NCBI GenBank assembly: GCA_964106645.2 | Contig: OZ067043.1 | Reading direction: 5' to 3' (one strand) | Length of the DNA stretch: 64,000 bases | From: Podarcis pityusensis | Lineage: Eukaryota | Shown here: piece after piece, positions 1-14,195 of the stretch | Layout of the letters: each line of letters starts with the position of its first letter | How positions within the stretch are numbered: the first letter of the stretch is position 1 | Position numbers and translations under genes: made by a program | Notes under the pieces: model-generated | The model's database searches: none | Told to the model about the DNA's origin: nothing | The model's input: only the letters and a program-made list of their open reading frames with translations

Positions 1-587
1 ATGCAAATGCAGAAACTTACAGAACCTTCTCTGGGCCATTTGAATAGTACAGTCTATAAATATAAATGGCAGAAGGAGAAAAGTCTGCATTATTCAAGTG
101 CTGATATCTACCTTGCTTCAACCTGAGACATGCCTCTTGATGGTGCAGAAATCCAAGGTGAAGCAAGTTAAGAAGTTACCTTATGGTAAAAGACCGTACA
201 AGACAACTCTGTTTATGGAGTTCTTCACAAGATACATTTTAACCTCCCATAGTTCAATTCCATATTCATACCAATAATAAGTGAAGCCAATATTCCTCCC
301 CACCTCCACTTACTTAATTATGAATTAATGGCCTGAAGCAAAAGATCCAAACCACAAAATCCTTCAGTTTGTTCAAGAATTTCCCAAGAACCGCCAGGTA
401 TTTTTAATCTTTTTCCTAGTGAAAGAAAACTATATCCATATATACTCCTTACTATTAACTAAGATATGTTTAAAGGAGTCTTATTTGAAGTATATGGAAA
501 ACAGTGAGTCATGTTTGATCACATATCAAGTTTGGCACACAAAGAAAAGAGCATTTCTATTCCCATTTGCCTAGTATATTGCATTAT

Positions 588-1710
588 GATTTAATATTTC
601 TTACCCGCTCTTCGCCATAATGTCCCAGGGTGGGTTACAGCAATGTAAAAATACAACATTAAACTCAGTTGAAACAATCTACAATCAAGAGGTGGAAGGA
701 GGGGGTTCTAAAACATATATAAAGGTAAAGGGGCCCCTGACTGTTAAGTCGTGGACAACTCTGGGGTTGCACGCTCATCTCGCTCTGTAGGCCGAGGGAG
801 CCAGTGTTTGTCCGCAGCTTCCAGGTCATGTGGCCAGCATGACTAAGCCGCTTCTGGCGAACCAGAGCAGAGCACGGAAACGCTGTTTACCTTCCCGCTG
901 GAGCGGTACCTATTTATCTACTTGCACTGTGACGTGCTTTCAAACTGCTAGGTGGGCAGGAGCTGGGACCGAACAACGGGAGCTCACCCCATCATGGGGA
1001 TGCGAACCGCCGACCTTCTGATCAGCAAGCCCCAGGCTCTGTGGTTTAGACCACAGTACCACCCACATCCAGGTGTCAAAAGACAGCGTAAAGACACACT
1101 CCATAATTCTGATGGTGGTAGAACTCTCAAGGGGGGCCCTTTTGCTGATCTCAACACTGAGGGTCTGTAGAGGCAGAGGGAGTCCTTCACGTATTTGGAG
1201 CCTAAGTCATTCAGGACTTTAAACACTAATGTGAGCACCTTGAATTGGGTCCAATGCAGCTGGTTCAAAACAGGGGTTACATGCATTCTAAATGAAACTC
1301 CAGCCCATAATAGGACTGCTCAGTTTTGGACCATTGAAGCTTCCACGTTGTGCTTCTAGGGCAGTCTCTGTATGGCATATTGCAGTAAACCAGTCTGGTA
1401 GTTACCAGCACATGGAATACTGTGGCCAAGTAATCTCTTTCCAAAAGTGTCCATAGCTGGCAAACCAGCTGGAACTAGAAGTGTCACTCCTAGCCACAAG
1501 GTCTCCAGAGCATTCAGTGGCAATGCTGGATCTGGGAACACCCCCTGAGTTACAGACCTGCTCCTTCCAGGGAAGTGTAGCCCCTTCCAGAATAGGTAGC
1601 TTCTACCATCTCTTGGGCCCAAGACTTCAGAAAACTAAAACCTTTGTCCAATCAGGATTCAGTTTCAAGTTATGGGCCAACTCCTGTCACAGAAATGCCA
1701 CTGGCTCTTT
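588..1710 (-). mobile_element. L2-clade LINE 3' fragment, decayed, interrupted by a Sauria SINE
   Basis: ORF 984-1286 encodes HVTPVLNQLHW..FKVLTLVFKVLNDLGSKY..Y.P..LRS, the L2 ORF2 C-terminal motif. An LKLNPD.TKVL motif lies near 1640-1680 and an L2-type 3' tail near 590-650. Confidence 0.8.
721..1070 (-). mobile_element. Sauria SINE (Squam1), near full length
   Basis: (ACCTTT)n tail seen as aaaggtaaagg at 721; diagnostic body (ggtcatgtggccagcatgact, gtttaccttcccgctggagcggtacctatttatctact); tRNA-like head with A/B-box remnants at ~1000-1070. Confidence 0.92.
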
Positions 1711-3297
1711 GTTTTAGATGCACCTTCTAAATTGTCACTTATTGTTGAAGCTCAGTTATACACCATGTCACATGCCTCAAAGAAGTTATATCCATAACAT
1801 CTCAGTTGTAGGTACGGTAACTTAAAATCACACTGATTTTTCACAAGGAGATTCCTCTAAATATAACTGCCTATTATATGAGCCAAATCCCCAATCATTT
1901 CAAATTTTTATGCTCTCTCCCAGCTTTTGATTGTCCACACATCTTTCCCCATGTCATAATCACCCCAAAACTCTTTGGCTTCCAATTTAGATGGCTCTGT
2001 GGATTCTGATTACTCCATTTGCCACCTGTTTAAATGGCAGCCATCGATCCCAAGTGATGAGCCTTGCCACATTGTTATGAAACTTGGACCCTCACTGGCT
2101 CTACTGCAAATTTGACTTGACTCCATTTGATGAGCTGGCAGGGGCAGAGCTTACCTCTGCATCTCTTGTAGCTCCAATCACTTTGAATCAATGTCTGGCA
2201 AGTTGTAAAAACTGATGCTCATCCAAGGACTCCTTCTCTGCAGTCCAGAACTTTCATAAGCAATCCTCCCGTTTTCAAAGATGCAGATATGCCAGTATCT
2301 TTCTATGGTAGAAATATCTCCTCCACCCTTGGCATCCCTTCTCATTGTTTTCCTCTCTTGCTCTTGAGGTGCATTTGGCAACTGAACTAGACAGATGCAA
2401 AGCTTTCCCCCTCCTGTTTTCCAGCAGAGGCATTTTGAGGTCTGAGTCTAAAGGTTCTTGGCAGAGCTGCCTGTTTTGTCTGGGTCAGTTTTGCTTTGCC
2501 GAGGTTAGTCTGTTTGCCTTCTAGATACAGTGTCTCTTGACCCTTACACAAGTGTGAGGAATTCAGCTCTATCAAGTGCATTTGTGAAGAGAATGAAAGG
2601 CTGAGTGGATGCACACAAGTTGCCCTTAGAGCATCTCACTTTGATGTTTGCCTCTGTTATATAAATAGTTCCTTTGATGCTTATGAATTAATAATTTGAT
2701 TTCACATAGGTACACTAACTCAACACACCAGCATGAGAAGAAAATGGGCATTGCACTTTCTTTTACCCACAGGTCAAATGTAAGTAAGGCTTAAGCACGC
2801 CATTGTCCTCTAGAAGCTTAAAATAGGGCCATTGTTATCAACTATGAGCAATATTTCATTTCTTTTTCCTTTGCAAACTGAACTGCTACAACTGTTACTT
2901 GATCTGTGAAATGCCATTGATGAGATTAAATTACCTACTTGTTCATTTTGCCCAAATGAGAGTTGAGATACACTGTCAGGTTGATGCAATGAACTGCCCC
3001 AGGGCCACACCTGCCCGCCATGTAACTAGATACCTTCAGTGTGCCAAAATAAGAGATTTCTAAAGAGCTGCAGACCTCAACTTCCACTCCTTGAGATGAA
3101 AGTAAACCATGTTTTGTACACACAAAGTAGGGAAATGGCACTCCAAGTATGACTAATGGGCTGACATTTTGCTTTCTTCATCAAGATGCAGGGCCTTAAG
3201 GTTAAAATTTGAGAGTTGTGCCTACTCAGCTGCAAGTTATAGTTGATCAACTCCTTCAGACATGGAACTGTGAATCTCTTACACTGTTCAGCCAAAT

Positions 3298-3995
3298 AAC
3301 AACAACAACAACAACAACAACATATTTCTACCCTGCCCATCTGGCTGGGTTTCCCCAGCCACTCTGGGCAGCTTACAACAAAAGATTAAAAATACATTAA
3401 AACATCAGTCATTAAAAACTTCCCTAAAGAGGGCTGCCTTCAGATGTCTTCTAAATGCCATATAGTTGTTTATTTCTTTGACATCTGATGGGAGGGCATT
3501 CCACAGGGCTGGCGCCACTACTGAGAAGGCCCTCTGCCTGGTTCCCTGTAACTTTGCTTCTCGCCGAGAGGGAACTGCCAGAAGGCCCTCGGAGCTGGAC
3601 CTCAGTGTCCGGGTTGAATGATGGGGGTGGAGATGCTCCTTCAAGTATACTGGGCCGAGGCCGCTTAGGGCTTTAAAGGTCAGCACCAACACTTTGAATT
3701 GTGCTCAGAAACGTACTGGGAGCCAATGTAAGTCTTTCAAGTCACCAGTCTAGCTGCCACATTCTGGGTTAGTTGTAGTTTCTGGGTCACCTTCAAAGGT
3801 AGCCCTACATAGAGCGCATTGCTGTAGGCCAAGTGGGAGATAACTAGAGCATGTACCACTCTGGCGAGACAGTCCGCGGGCAGGTAGGATCTCAGCCTGC
3901 GTACCAGATGGAGCTAGTAGATAGCCACTCTGGACACAGAATTGACCTGTGCCTCGATGGACAGCTGTGAGTCCAAAATGACTCCCAGGCTGTAC
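3298..3995 (-). mobile_element. L2-clade LINE, 5'-truncated, relatively young, with (TTG)n tail
   Basis: ORF 3405-3692 VLTFKALSGLGPVYLKEHL..RTLRSS..RAFSVVAPALWNALP..FRRHLKAALF; upstream SLGVILDSQLS..ALVIS..Y.NALY.GLP..KLQL.QN.AARLVT; (AAC)n tail at 3298-3321 on the plus strand. Confidence 0.92.
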
Positions 3996-5785
3996 ACAAC
4001 ATCAGAGCACAACATCAGAGGTGAAAAACAACAGCTCATGGGTATATATGCATACCATATTTTCCACAACAAATGGGGGAAGAGAGAGGAACCCAGTTTT
4101 CGTTCATTATATTCAAGTGTTCAGAAAAAACAAGGATTTTAAAAAGTTGTTCCCACTCATTCTTTGCTTTGAGGGAAGGTTCTAGCAAGGGTCACTCTCA
4201 GGCTTACAATTCGGTACCAGGCCTAAAGCCGTACAATGATGCAGAAGTGATGTAACCTTTAGTGGCTGAAATCATCTTGAGATTGTGCCTAGCAGCAGAC
4301 TCATCCTACCTCTATCTAATTAGATCCTGATTGTGATACAGTGGTGGCTGCTTTAGATAGAGATGTAGCAACATAGTATGGTACTACAATGAAAAGTACA
4401 CATTGTGATACCAGAACAACCTGACACCCTGGATTGTAACACTGTGCTGACATATCCCATCATCAGATATATTTTTAATGGGAGAGTTTTAACTCATGGA
4501 TTCTGAAATGCACGGATTGTAAAATAAGGGTGGTATACACAAGAGCATGCAATTCACCAACTCTTAAGGAGAGAGTGTGACTCTTAGCATCTCTAGCTAC
4601 ACAGCATTGTCTGTAATTCATTTTACTTCAAGATATGCATAGAGTTGCTTTGTATATTTATAGGCTTTGACGGATGAGCCTATTAATATGGAGGCAAGTT
4701 TTTATGAACCTGCAAATGGGGGCTGTCCATGCAGCCACTATGACAATTGTGTGAATTATTTACAGCTGCAGTTCATACAAATGGTATCTCCACAAGTGTG
4801 CTTCCCAGATGCAAGCCCAATAATTGTATCATACATACCTAGAGGAAAATGTATGCAGGCTGCTGGATTAAAACCAAGAGGTAAGTAACACCTTGGCCAC
4901 AATCCAGCATATTTAAGTCCATTTAATGTCAAACCATATATTATGGTAAAACCACATTCACATTCAGGTGAGTGTGTGTATTTTAAAATAGCAGCTGTGG
5001 AGGTTTCAGACAGAATCAGTACTATAGAACAGGTGGAGGGTAGTTTAACCCACTTCTTCCATATCACAACTGCAGCAAAAATCACTACCTCTAAATCTGT
5101 TATTGGCCCAGGAGGGGAACTGCTACTGTGCTCCCTTGGCTGCTACTAAAAATGCATAAACATGCAAATGTGATGAATACACATTTAATGTAATGTGTGG
5201 TTTGCTTCTCATTTTAAAGGGCTTAAACACACTTAACTCTGTGTTGGATTTTGGCCAGTGACTTTGTGGCACTGAGGATTGCAGCCTGAGCGAAGCACTT
5301 TAAATCTCAGTGTAGCGAGAGTGTCTTGATTTAATTGTTTTGCATTCAAGAGCAAAATGCTATTACCACCAAAGAAATCCAAACATTAATTCTTTAAAAA
5401 AAAACAAAAAAACCATTCCCTTTGTCAAGTTAGCTGCTTGAGGAGAATGCTGCCCATCCAGGGGATTCTAAATCAATTGTGCTACATAGGTAACTGCCAA
5501 GACTAATAAGACTTTTGTTTTTAATTTGTTGTATATTTCCTCAAGATGTCACTTTTCTCATCAAGTAAGACTAAAGGCACTCAAACAGCTTATATCTAAA
5601 ATAATACAGAGCTTAATAATGGCTTCTTGTCTTGTTAGAGGGATAAGTGAACTTCATTCTGATCAGGATTTGTGTTTAAAACAACAACAACCAGAAACAG
5701 GGAATGATAAGATGTATAAACTTGTAAATTTGGCATTACTCATTATACACCCTCTCATCGCAGCTCCTTTCCTCTAATACAGTGT

Positions 5786-6014
5786 GAGCCAGTGTGTTGT
5801 AGTGGTTAGAGTGTTGGACTAAGATGTGGGAAATGGGGATTCTAGTCCCTGCTCAACCATGAAGCCCACTGGTTGTCCAGTCACTATCTTAGCCTAACCT
5901 ATTTCACAGGGTTGCTTTGAGGATAAAATGGGGAGACAGAGAACTATGCACATCACCTTGAGCTCCCTGGAGAAAAGTAGGATAGAAATGTAACAAACTA
6001 ACAAACAAACAAAC
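5786..6014 (+). mobile_element. tRNA-derived CORE/MIR-like SINE (Squam3-type), old
   Basis: gagccagtgtgttgtagtggttagagtgttggact head, cagtcac..agcctaaccta.ttcacagggttg body, caccttgagctcc, and a (CAAA)n tail. Confidence 0.8.
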
Positions 6015-7659
6015 CATGATTTAGACCCACGTTTTCACTTGCTCATAGCAATGAACATTTTCTTGTTTCAGGGGCACAGGAGAGCTACAGAGGGAGGGAG
6101 ATCACCAAGGGGGGACATCGTGGGCAAGTGGGATCATTTGCTCTAAACTCATCCATTGTGGTGACAGGTGAGCAAAGTTCATTTAACACCAGGTAAGGAT
6201 ATGCAGTCTTTCCCTTCTATTTCAAATGTTTCAGGTTCAAGCCTTAGCATTCACTCTCAAAGGTGCTTAAATGCCTTGGCCTCATACCTGGAACTAGGCA
6301 GTGTCACTAACTCTAGTTACAGCAGTATTATTTGGAAGAAGTAAAGATAGAAAGGAAACTAGGAAGAAGTTTCTAAAGTGAGGTATAATGGGTCTGGCAA
6401 CAAATTGCTTCCAGAGAAAACCATATGAATGTTTTTGCATTTTGAGAGGCGCAGAACTTTCTAAGACACTCTTGTGCTTAATTGGGAACAATTTATTTTG
6501 GTTATCCACACACTTCACCTTGAGCCTGCTCAGACTTTTGTCCCACTATGGCCTAAAAGCTTCTTCTCAACTAAATGTGTATGGGACTATATAGTGTGTA
6601 TAAGACTATAACCCAAGTATCTAAAAACAGCTAACTGGAAGTAGCATTTGTTGCCAGGCAAGAGCAATTATATATGTAGGCATATATGCTACGAAGGAAA
6701 GCCAATTGCAACAGAAATTGAGGGCCAGAAATTGAGGGCCAGCCGGCTAAATATTTTATGGAAAATGTCTTTTGTAACAAGTTACCCCAAAGATAGATAA
6801 TCAACTCTGGATTCCGTACATATATAGTAATTTTATCCCATCTCTAAATATAATTGACTTTTACCTTTACTTCTTATGCTTTTAATATAAATTGCAGTCT
6901 CACTTGTGTTGTTATTAATGGACTACATTCAATGGTATTACTGCAGTTCACAAGAGTCAAAGACACTGTTCAATAAGCATGAACTAATCTGACACACTCC
7001 AGAAGGCCAAAGATCTCAAGGTGGTTCATTTACCCTAGATGTGTGAATGTTATGGAGCTAGAACAATAAGTGTTCCTGACAAAGGGCATAACTTTATTTT
7101 ATGCAAAATAGTATTGTTTAAAATTAACTTAAATACAGCAGAAATTTACAGCCAACTTATTTTAGCATCGCCTTACTGATCTATTAGGCTTTTCTACAGC
7201 AAGTGATTGTAGATTGAAGTCTAACAACCCTACCACAAATTTAATTGGGAGTAAATATTATATAGACTTGTTTCCAAGTAAATAACATTGGATTACAGAC
7301 TAACAGTGTAGCAGTGTTATTTGAGAAGCTTGAATCTCACAGGAATATATGAGGATTTTCATACAGCCTTGAAAACCTTCCACAACATATGCTTAACACC
7401 CAAGGTATTGATCTATCCATAGCCATCACCGATGGCCACCACTCTGACATTGGTCGTACAGATCTTTGTGGCTCACCACAAGACACCCTGCAGTACATCC
7501 ATGTGGCTTCCAAAATGTCTGGATAGCGCTACAAATTCCCCTGATACTTCAAGTGACAGTTGCCATTGGTGAGCCTATCTTTTCAAAACTGAAGCTCATC
7601 AAAACACACTTGCAGTCTACCATGACAGGCTCACATCACTAGCTTTCCTATCCATCAAA

Positions 7660-9330
7660 AGCAGCATTGCAGAAAGATCTTTTTAAGTTTATTTGGTGGG
7701 GGAGAAAACCCAGGATAAAAGATAAAATTATGAATGATACCCAAGAGAGTGGTCGTTCTGTTCTCCCTGACCTACAATTATATTTTGAAGCATCATGCTT
7801 ACGTTGGTTGAAAGACTGGATTTTACTAAAGAACAGCCATCTGTTAGACCAGGAAGGGCATGATTTAAAATTTGGATGGCATGCATGCCTGTGCTACAGA
7901 AAGGCAAGGGTATATGAGAGCTTTTCAAACCATATAATCGGGGGGGGGGGGATCTTTATAGGGTATGGGGAAAATATAAAAAACTACTGTAAAGAAAAAC
8001 ACTAATGTGGCTATCACCAACAGAAGCCCTGGCATGAAAAAAAAATCAACATAGAGACAAACTGGAGTACATACAAAGAGCTTCTAAACATCACTGGGGA
8101 GGAATGTAAATAGAAAGAGTATGAAAAGATAAAATATCAAGTGACAGACTGGTTTCGTTACTACCAGTTGAGGGGGACATTTAAATTAGACAAAAAATTT
8201 GCTCTTCCCGGATATACCTGTGGTCTTCAGAGCAGTTTGTCCAATCAGGTCCTTAAGACAAAGAATAGAATGAGAGGATTACAGCCTCATCCAATAAGCA
8301 CTGGACCAGCATAGCCTTTGTTCATTTCAGCAGAGAGGTGCAGGTTGAGATTAACTAGTCCAAGTAGGAATTATCTTCAAATGAACAAAAAAGTAGCAAA
8401 CTGAAAAAAACTCAGTTTGAAAAGGAGCTGTTAGTATGCAAGGTCAAAAAATTATCAAAAATATGCAACTTATTACTTGAGTGGGAGGCAACGGAGGAAA
8501 CAGTAAAGTCTTCAGTGATAAATTGGGCTAGAGACATTGGACACAATATTGATTTTTTATTAATGGGAACAACTTTGGAGAGTAAATATAAGATTTACAG
8601 CATTCTACACGTTTTAAAATAGCAGAAAGAACCTTCTACCGCATGTGGCGGTCGTGTGGCATAATCAAAAATTATTGGAAAATGATTTTATACTTAACTA
8701 AAAAAAAGTTTTAAAAATCATTTTCTAAAATTCCAGAAGCATTGCTCCTGGAATTAATAACAACAGAAGTCTCAAAAAAAGAGAGAGAAATTTGTTCCTA
8801 TACACAACAACAGCTGCCAGTGTACTATTAGCCCAAAAATGGAAAACCGCTAAAGTACCAACAAAAGAAGAATGGCATATTAAACTGTCAGAATATGTGG
8901 ACCTAGCAGGGATGACTACTAGAAGAGGAAACCAAAATGACAAAAGATATAAAGAGGACTGGATATTGTTTATGGAATATATGGAGAAGTACTATAAGCA
9001 AATAATTTACCTAGCAGGATGGCAAGATTTTCAGCAGAGTAAGAAATAATAAAATACATAAAAGTTGTTGTGATAGGATGAACTAAGAAAACATGGGGAA
9101 AAGAGGGGATAAACAGAACCATGGAAGGAGAGGTTAGGAATCGGTCAAGGAATGTTTTCTGATTTTTTGTCTATTCTTAGAAATCTTTTTAAAAAGAAAG
9201 ATCTCTTTTCTTTATTTCATATATTTTTCTTTATTGTATTATTTTTGTTCATATTTTGTTGATATGGAATCTTAACAGAACAAAAACTTTTTTGAAAAAA
9301 TAATAAAATAATTACTAATTATTATTATTA
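7660..9330 (+). mobile_element. L1-clade LINE 3' portion (ORF2 C-terminus plus 3' UTR), frameshifted
   Basis: FKFIWWGRKPRIK..LPDLQLYFEASCLRWLKDWI (7667-8005); TFY.MW.SC..IKNYW remnant near 8630; AASVLLAQKWK..PTKEEW..KLSEY (8792-9049); T-rich 3' UTR ending in an A/TAA-rich tail. Confidence 0.88.
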
Positions 9331-10011
9331 TTTTAAAGTGATGGCCCTAGCAGGAGGGGAAGGCACTATGCAGGCTTCAAACTGTGTTGGTGTGGCACTG
9401 AATGAAACATGAAGCATAAACTGCCTCAGCCTTTGGGGTCAGAACCTGTGATTCTCTTCACAACCTGGTAACTTACTGATATTATGTGACCAATCAACTG
9501 GTTAAATACAGCTTTGAAGAAAACTATGTAGCTGTACCTATGTCACCAGACCTGAATTGAGCAAGAGACATATTTGGTGGGGGGAACAGGAAATAATTAT
9601 TTTTAAACTTCGTTTATGCGAAGTCTGCTTTAGCAGACTAGTTTCTAGGCATATAAATTCTATGGGCCTACAAAATCTGTATCCAAATCCCCACTGTCAC
9701 TTGTGATTATTGATTCTTTATAATTCTTTATTTCTTAAAGTACCATCAATTTACATTTGGACCTTGTAGAGTTTCAGTATGGAGAAAATGATCTCAAATT
9801 GCTTTTGGATCTACACTATCTAAACATTTCAAATACACACAGTGGTATTTAAAAATTAAGTGAAGCTAGCGCAAAACTAAAAAAAGCTCCTCCCCCCCAA
9901 AAAAAACCCCCTCAAAAACTTTTCTGTGTGGATTTTCACTTTTTGAAATATGGCAACCCTACTTTAAGCACATGATGCATTTTAATCCTATTTTGCAAAG
10001 AGTAAATTCTG

Positions 10012-10033
10012 TCCATCCATCCATCCATCCATC
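10012..10033. repeat. (TCCA)n microsatellite
   Basis: About 5 TCCA units. Confidence 0.9.
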
Positions 10034-13000
10034 CCAAAGTTTGTAGATTTCTAGAGCTATTTCAAACAGAAGCCATCATCTCATCTTTTCATATATATTA
10101 ATTCAAAGAGAAAAAGAGGCCCATTTTTTAAAGTGTATGAGGCATGAGAAGTATTATTTACTTCTAGGAAATAAATAATAAGTGCCTTGTGATTCTAAGG
10201 CAATAGAGAGGTATAGAACTGGTACAAAAATCTCTATTCTGAAAGCTGCAGATGATGCAACTAGTATTCATAGATTCCCTACACTCTTATCTACCCTCAC
10301 CAGTCTTTTTTACTCATTGAATTTTAGCATTCATCATTTTATTTGATTTTATAAAGCAACACAAAATCCCCTCATGCTATTCCATCCTGTTAAACAGATG
10401 CTGGACCTGTATGTGAAAGGCGCATATTGGTACATTTTGTCACATGTAAATTGCATGCAAATACATTCAAAATGAATTTGTTTATCATTCCTGAATTCTA
10501 ATCCAGAGGTCTTATTTTTAAAATTCAGCTTATATTCTGACATGTATACAAATGAGTTTGACTCTGGAAAATAACTTCATAAACTTGGGGTTAGCAAAGC
10601 AATTAGAGGAGGAATCTGGGAATCATAAAATGTGGAAAAACAACATTTACATCTCTTGGTACCTCAAAGGTTTCATTTTCTCTCCACCCCACCCCTGCCG
10701 GCAACTTAAATGAATCATTAAAAATGTCACACTTATTTGTCGAAGATGGAATATGGTAATGCTAAGTATTCATTTTGTAAAAAAAGAAGAAAGGGCTGAC
10801 AGAGCATAATTCTTAAAATTTCCTGGCAAAATTTATAAGTGGACACTAAAGCTTTTATATTAATTATTAGTACTTTCTAGAGAGCCTTGCAAATGCATAA
10901 ATATACTTCATCAAGGAACGGGAACATTTTAGTCATCTTATTCCTTTAGTCATCTTATTCCTTTATGAGGTTAAAAATGGTCCTTTTACTTATGAAGGAT
11001 ACAAAATAGTAAGAAGAGTAGCTTTCATGGACCTAGTGATCAGAACAGTGATCAGAACTTTCCATACCGTATGTTTGGAAAAGATAATGTAGCAGAGCCA
11101 CAGCTGCCCATATTAATCCATCCATCTCAGCTACCTTTAGCTGCCTTTGCCCCCCAAAATGCAGTTCCTCATTTGTTCCATTACCAGCTTATCTGCATTC
11201 ATTTTAATAATTCATATACTGCTTAATATAACAAAATCTCTAAGTGGTTCACACAAATTATAACAATAGAAACGCAAGCAAAAGGTCAGTACATAGCATC
11301 CAAATGCGATAAAAATACAGTAAAACGTTAAGCCGAACATTAAAACAGAAATCCTGAAATTATGGCTTTGGGCTATTACAAGGCTTCAGTAAAAAGACAT
11401 TAGAGACCCACGACCCTGAAGAGTCACTAACAGTGGAGGCAATACTGGAGTAGATGAACACAACGTATTCTATCAAGGAAGCTTCATGAGATCCTATCAT
11501 GGTATCACTGATTTGATGTCTACAAAGCTAAAGGAGTTTTGATCTACCCTGACTAGACAAAGGTGAGTACTATCAGAAGAAAGGAGTGGTCACTTTTAAA
11601 AGTTAGCCATTAAGTGTGAAAAGAAAGTGACAATGTGCCACTATCTTAGCATCTTCCTGCCACCATGGACCTGAATGAAAGGAGAAATGAGCCCATTTCC
11701 TTCTCCAAAACACTCGATAGTCAGAGGATTCTCATTATTTTGTTGTCCTATAGAAAAGGCAGTATGTGCACCACAACAACTGTGACCTCTTGTTGTTTAG
11801 TGGCCTGTTCAGATACCATTTCTTCCCCTGGATGCATATTCAGATCAGGAAATGAGTCAAGGGTTTATACATTCCTTTGGTCTTTCATGATGTGTGTAGA
11901 CAGTAACAACTATCTATATACTAAGAGATTCTATATTTTCTCAACATGTAATATCTCCATCCATGACCCAACAATATAGGCTTTCATTTCTAATATGTAA
12001 AGGTCTGAACAGGCCTTTGACGTCACTGACATGTGCAGAATTAAACCATTTCTGATATTAAAACTTCATTTCCTTGTTGTTTTAGATAGTGTCCTTTTCC
12101 TATACATTTTTTTTTTGCTTAGGTGAGCCTGAAAGAATTCCCTCCTGCTTAATGAGTAGATCAATTATTGTTCATAGAGGAAGATACTGTCTCTTTAAAG
12201 GTTATTTGAAGGTTGATTGTTATCTTATTGCTTATATCCAGCAAATCTATTCAGGCTTATGAATGAATTTGACCTTTTTATAGTTAGTGGGAGGGGAAAA
12301 AAAACAGAACAAAAGTTAATTTAGAACTCTATACTACAACACTTTTTCCCAGAGAAATGAAAGGGCATTCAAATCGATACCTGCACAATAACACTTCTGA
12401 TGAATGTTTGTACCCAATTTTCTCATTTTGCTAACTTGAGATTGGAAATTTTGAATAGTTTTCAAAGACCATATTCTTTATGTGCTGTGAAGTATGTGGT
12501 ATTGTGTCCAAACAATGCAAGGGGATAATCATTATAGAAGTATCACTGGGCCTGAAAAGGTCAGTTAGTTGGAAATGTCAGCTTTCAATGCAACTATGCT
12601 GGACCTTCGTAGGCAAGGATCCAATTAAAGGGACATGCCAAGGTGCATGGAAACATCACAGTGACCTAGAATAATAATAAGGTGTTGCAGAAAGATTTCA
12701 AAAGTAATGGTGTTAGCTTTTCAAATGCCTTCTCTATGGTTTTTATTTAACTTGATGAAAAACCATTTCCCGACAGAAAAAAATACGCTCGCACACACTT
12801 AAGATTCAGGTTTCCTATATACTGTGTGTGTGCACCAAAACTAAATGTTAAGCAAGCAAAAAGACCAATCTTACAGTGTTACAAGCAGCTCTGCTATAAT
12901 TCCTATTTTTAAAATAACACCTAGCAACGAAAGTCGCTATGCTAGAAATTGGGTTAAAGAAGAGTCCCATATTTAGTCACAAAACAAGAGATGGGGGGGG

Positions 13001-14029
13001 GGGCTGAGGAGAAAATATAATATCCCTATATATTCTGTGGGGATGCATAGAAGCGCCTTTCTGGAGTAGCTAATTTGTCTGCCCACCACAGCAAAATATT
13101 GGATTGTATCGTTAGCAAGGCTTGCAACACTCTGTATATGACCATCTAGTTTTTAAAACTGCTGCAAAATTTTAAGTATCATTCAGTCATCTAAGCATAC
13201 AAATTATTTTGGAGAAAGACTGATGATACAAGAGAAAAGATAATTTAGGCTGGATAGACAAAAGTAGATGAAGGTCAAGTACTTCAAGAGGTGAATATTC
13301 ATACAACATAATGTCAGGTTTCAGCCTCAGACCCCAAGTAAAATAAAACTCCTGTTTCGAATATGAGTCCAGTGAAGGGAGCTTATGTAAACAGCAAAGA
13401 CTTATTCTGGAATCATGATTTGGAAGATGCAAAGCTAGTCTGAAGAACAGAGGCAATGAAGCATGATAATGCAGTAGAGCACAAACAAGATGGAAGAATA
13501 GGGTGGGAGTCCATAGCTGTTGGATCTCCATTTTGCTCAATTGATTGTGACAGAACGGAATGGCTGCTAGGAGGAGAATTTATATGAATATCCTGCATGA
13601 GGGGACAAACAAGCAATGGCATAGGAGAACCTGACAATAGCCCCCACACAGCTCTTTGCGCATGGGATATTTCTCTGCTGTGTAAACAGAGTACACTTAT
13701 AATTTGGCAGCAGTTTTAGAAGTTTAGGTGGACATATACAAAGTGATGCAAAGCTATGAGGAACAGAGGCTACAAGGATTGAAAAGGCCATTTCTGCACC
13801 TGAAACTGGGAAGCTGTCACACAATAAATCATTCCGTTTATGGCTTTAAAAAAGAAGCCTAACCTCTGCTCCCCAGGTATTGCTGTTCCACCCCCTCTGT
13901 ACACCTGCCTGCTGATTTTCTACTGTGAAAATATTCTTCTGCAGGCAGCCAGGATTCATTTGAAGGACACACAAATATTGGATCATGATAGGAGGCAAAC
14001 TTGGAAAAAGAACAACTGGGATTGCTGTA

Positions 14030-14195
14030 TCTTGTTCCTCAGCCATGTCTTTGAACCAGTTGCTATCTCTCAGCCTAACATATATCATAGGGTTGTTATG
14101 AGAATGAATGGGAGGGTGTGTGTGGAGGACTCATGTATGCTGCCTTGGGCTCTGTGGAGGAAAGGCAGGATATTAACGCAATAAATAAATAAATA
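14030..14195 (+). mobile_element. Squam3/MIR-like SINE, 3' half
   Basis: tctctcagcctaaca..catagggttgttatgagaat..tgccttgggctc..aaaggcaggata, then (TAAA)n tail. Confidence 0.7.

Noticed and set aside
2155-3010. Purine-rich minus-strand stretch with short ORFs (ILLIVDNN resembles a pogo DDE motif) and a GAG|gtaagc donor
   Set aside because: Stops in all frames, no second supporting motif, and no match to the AGBL4 or BEND5 peptides I recall.
13190-13830. Cluster of minus-strand ORFs with faint L2 RT echoes (..LSF..H..SK)
   Set aside because: Too degenerate to call as a gene or to delimit as an element.
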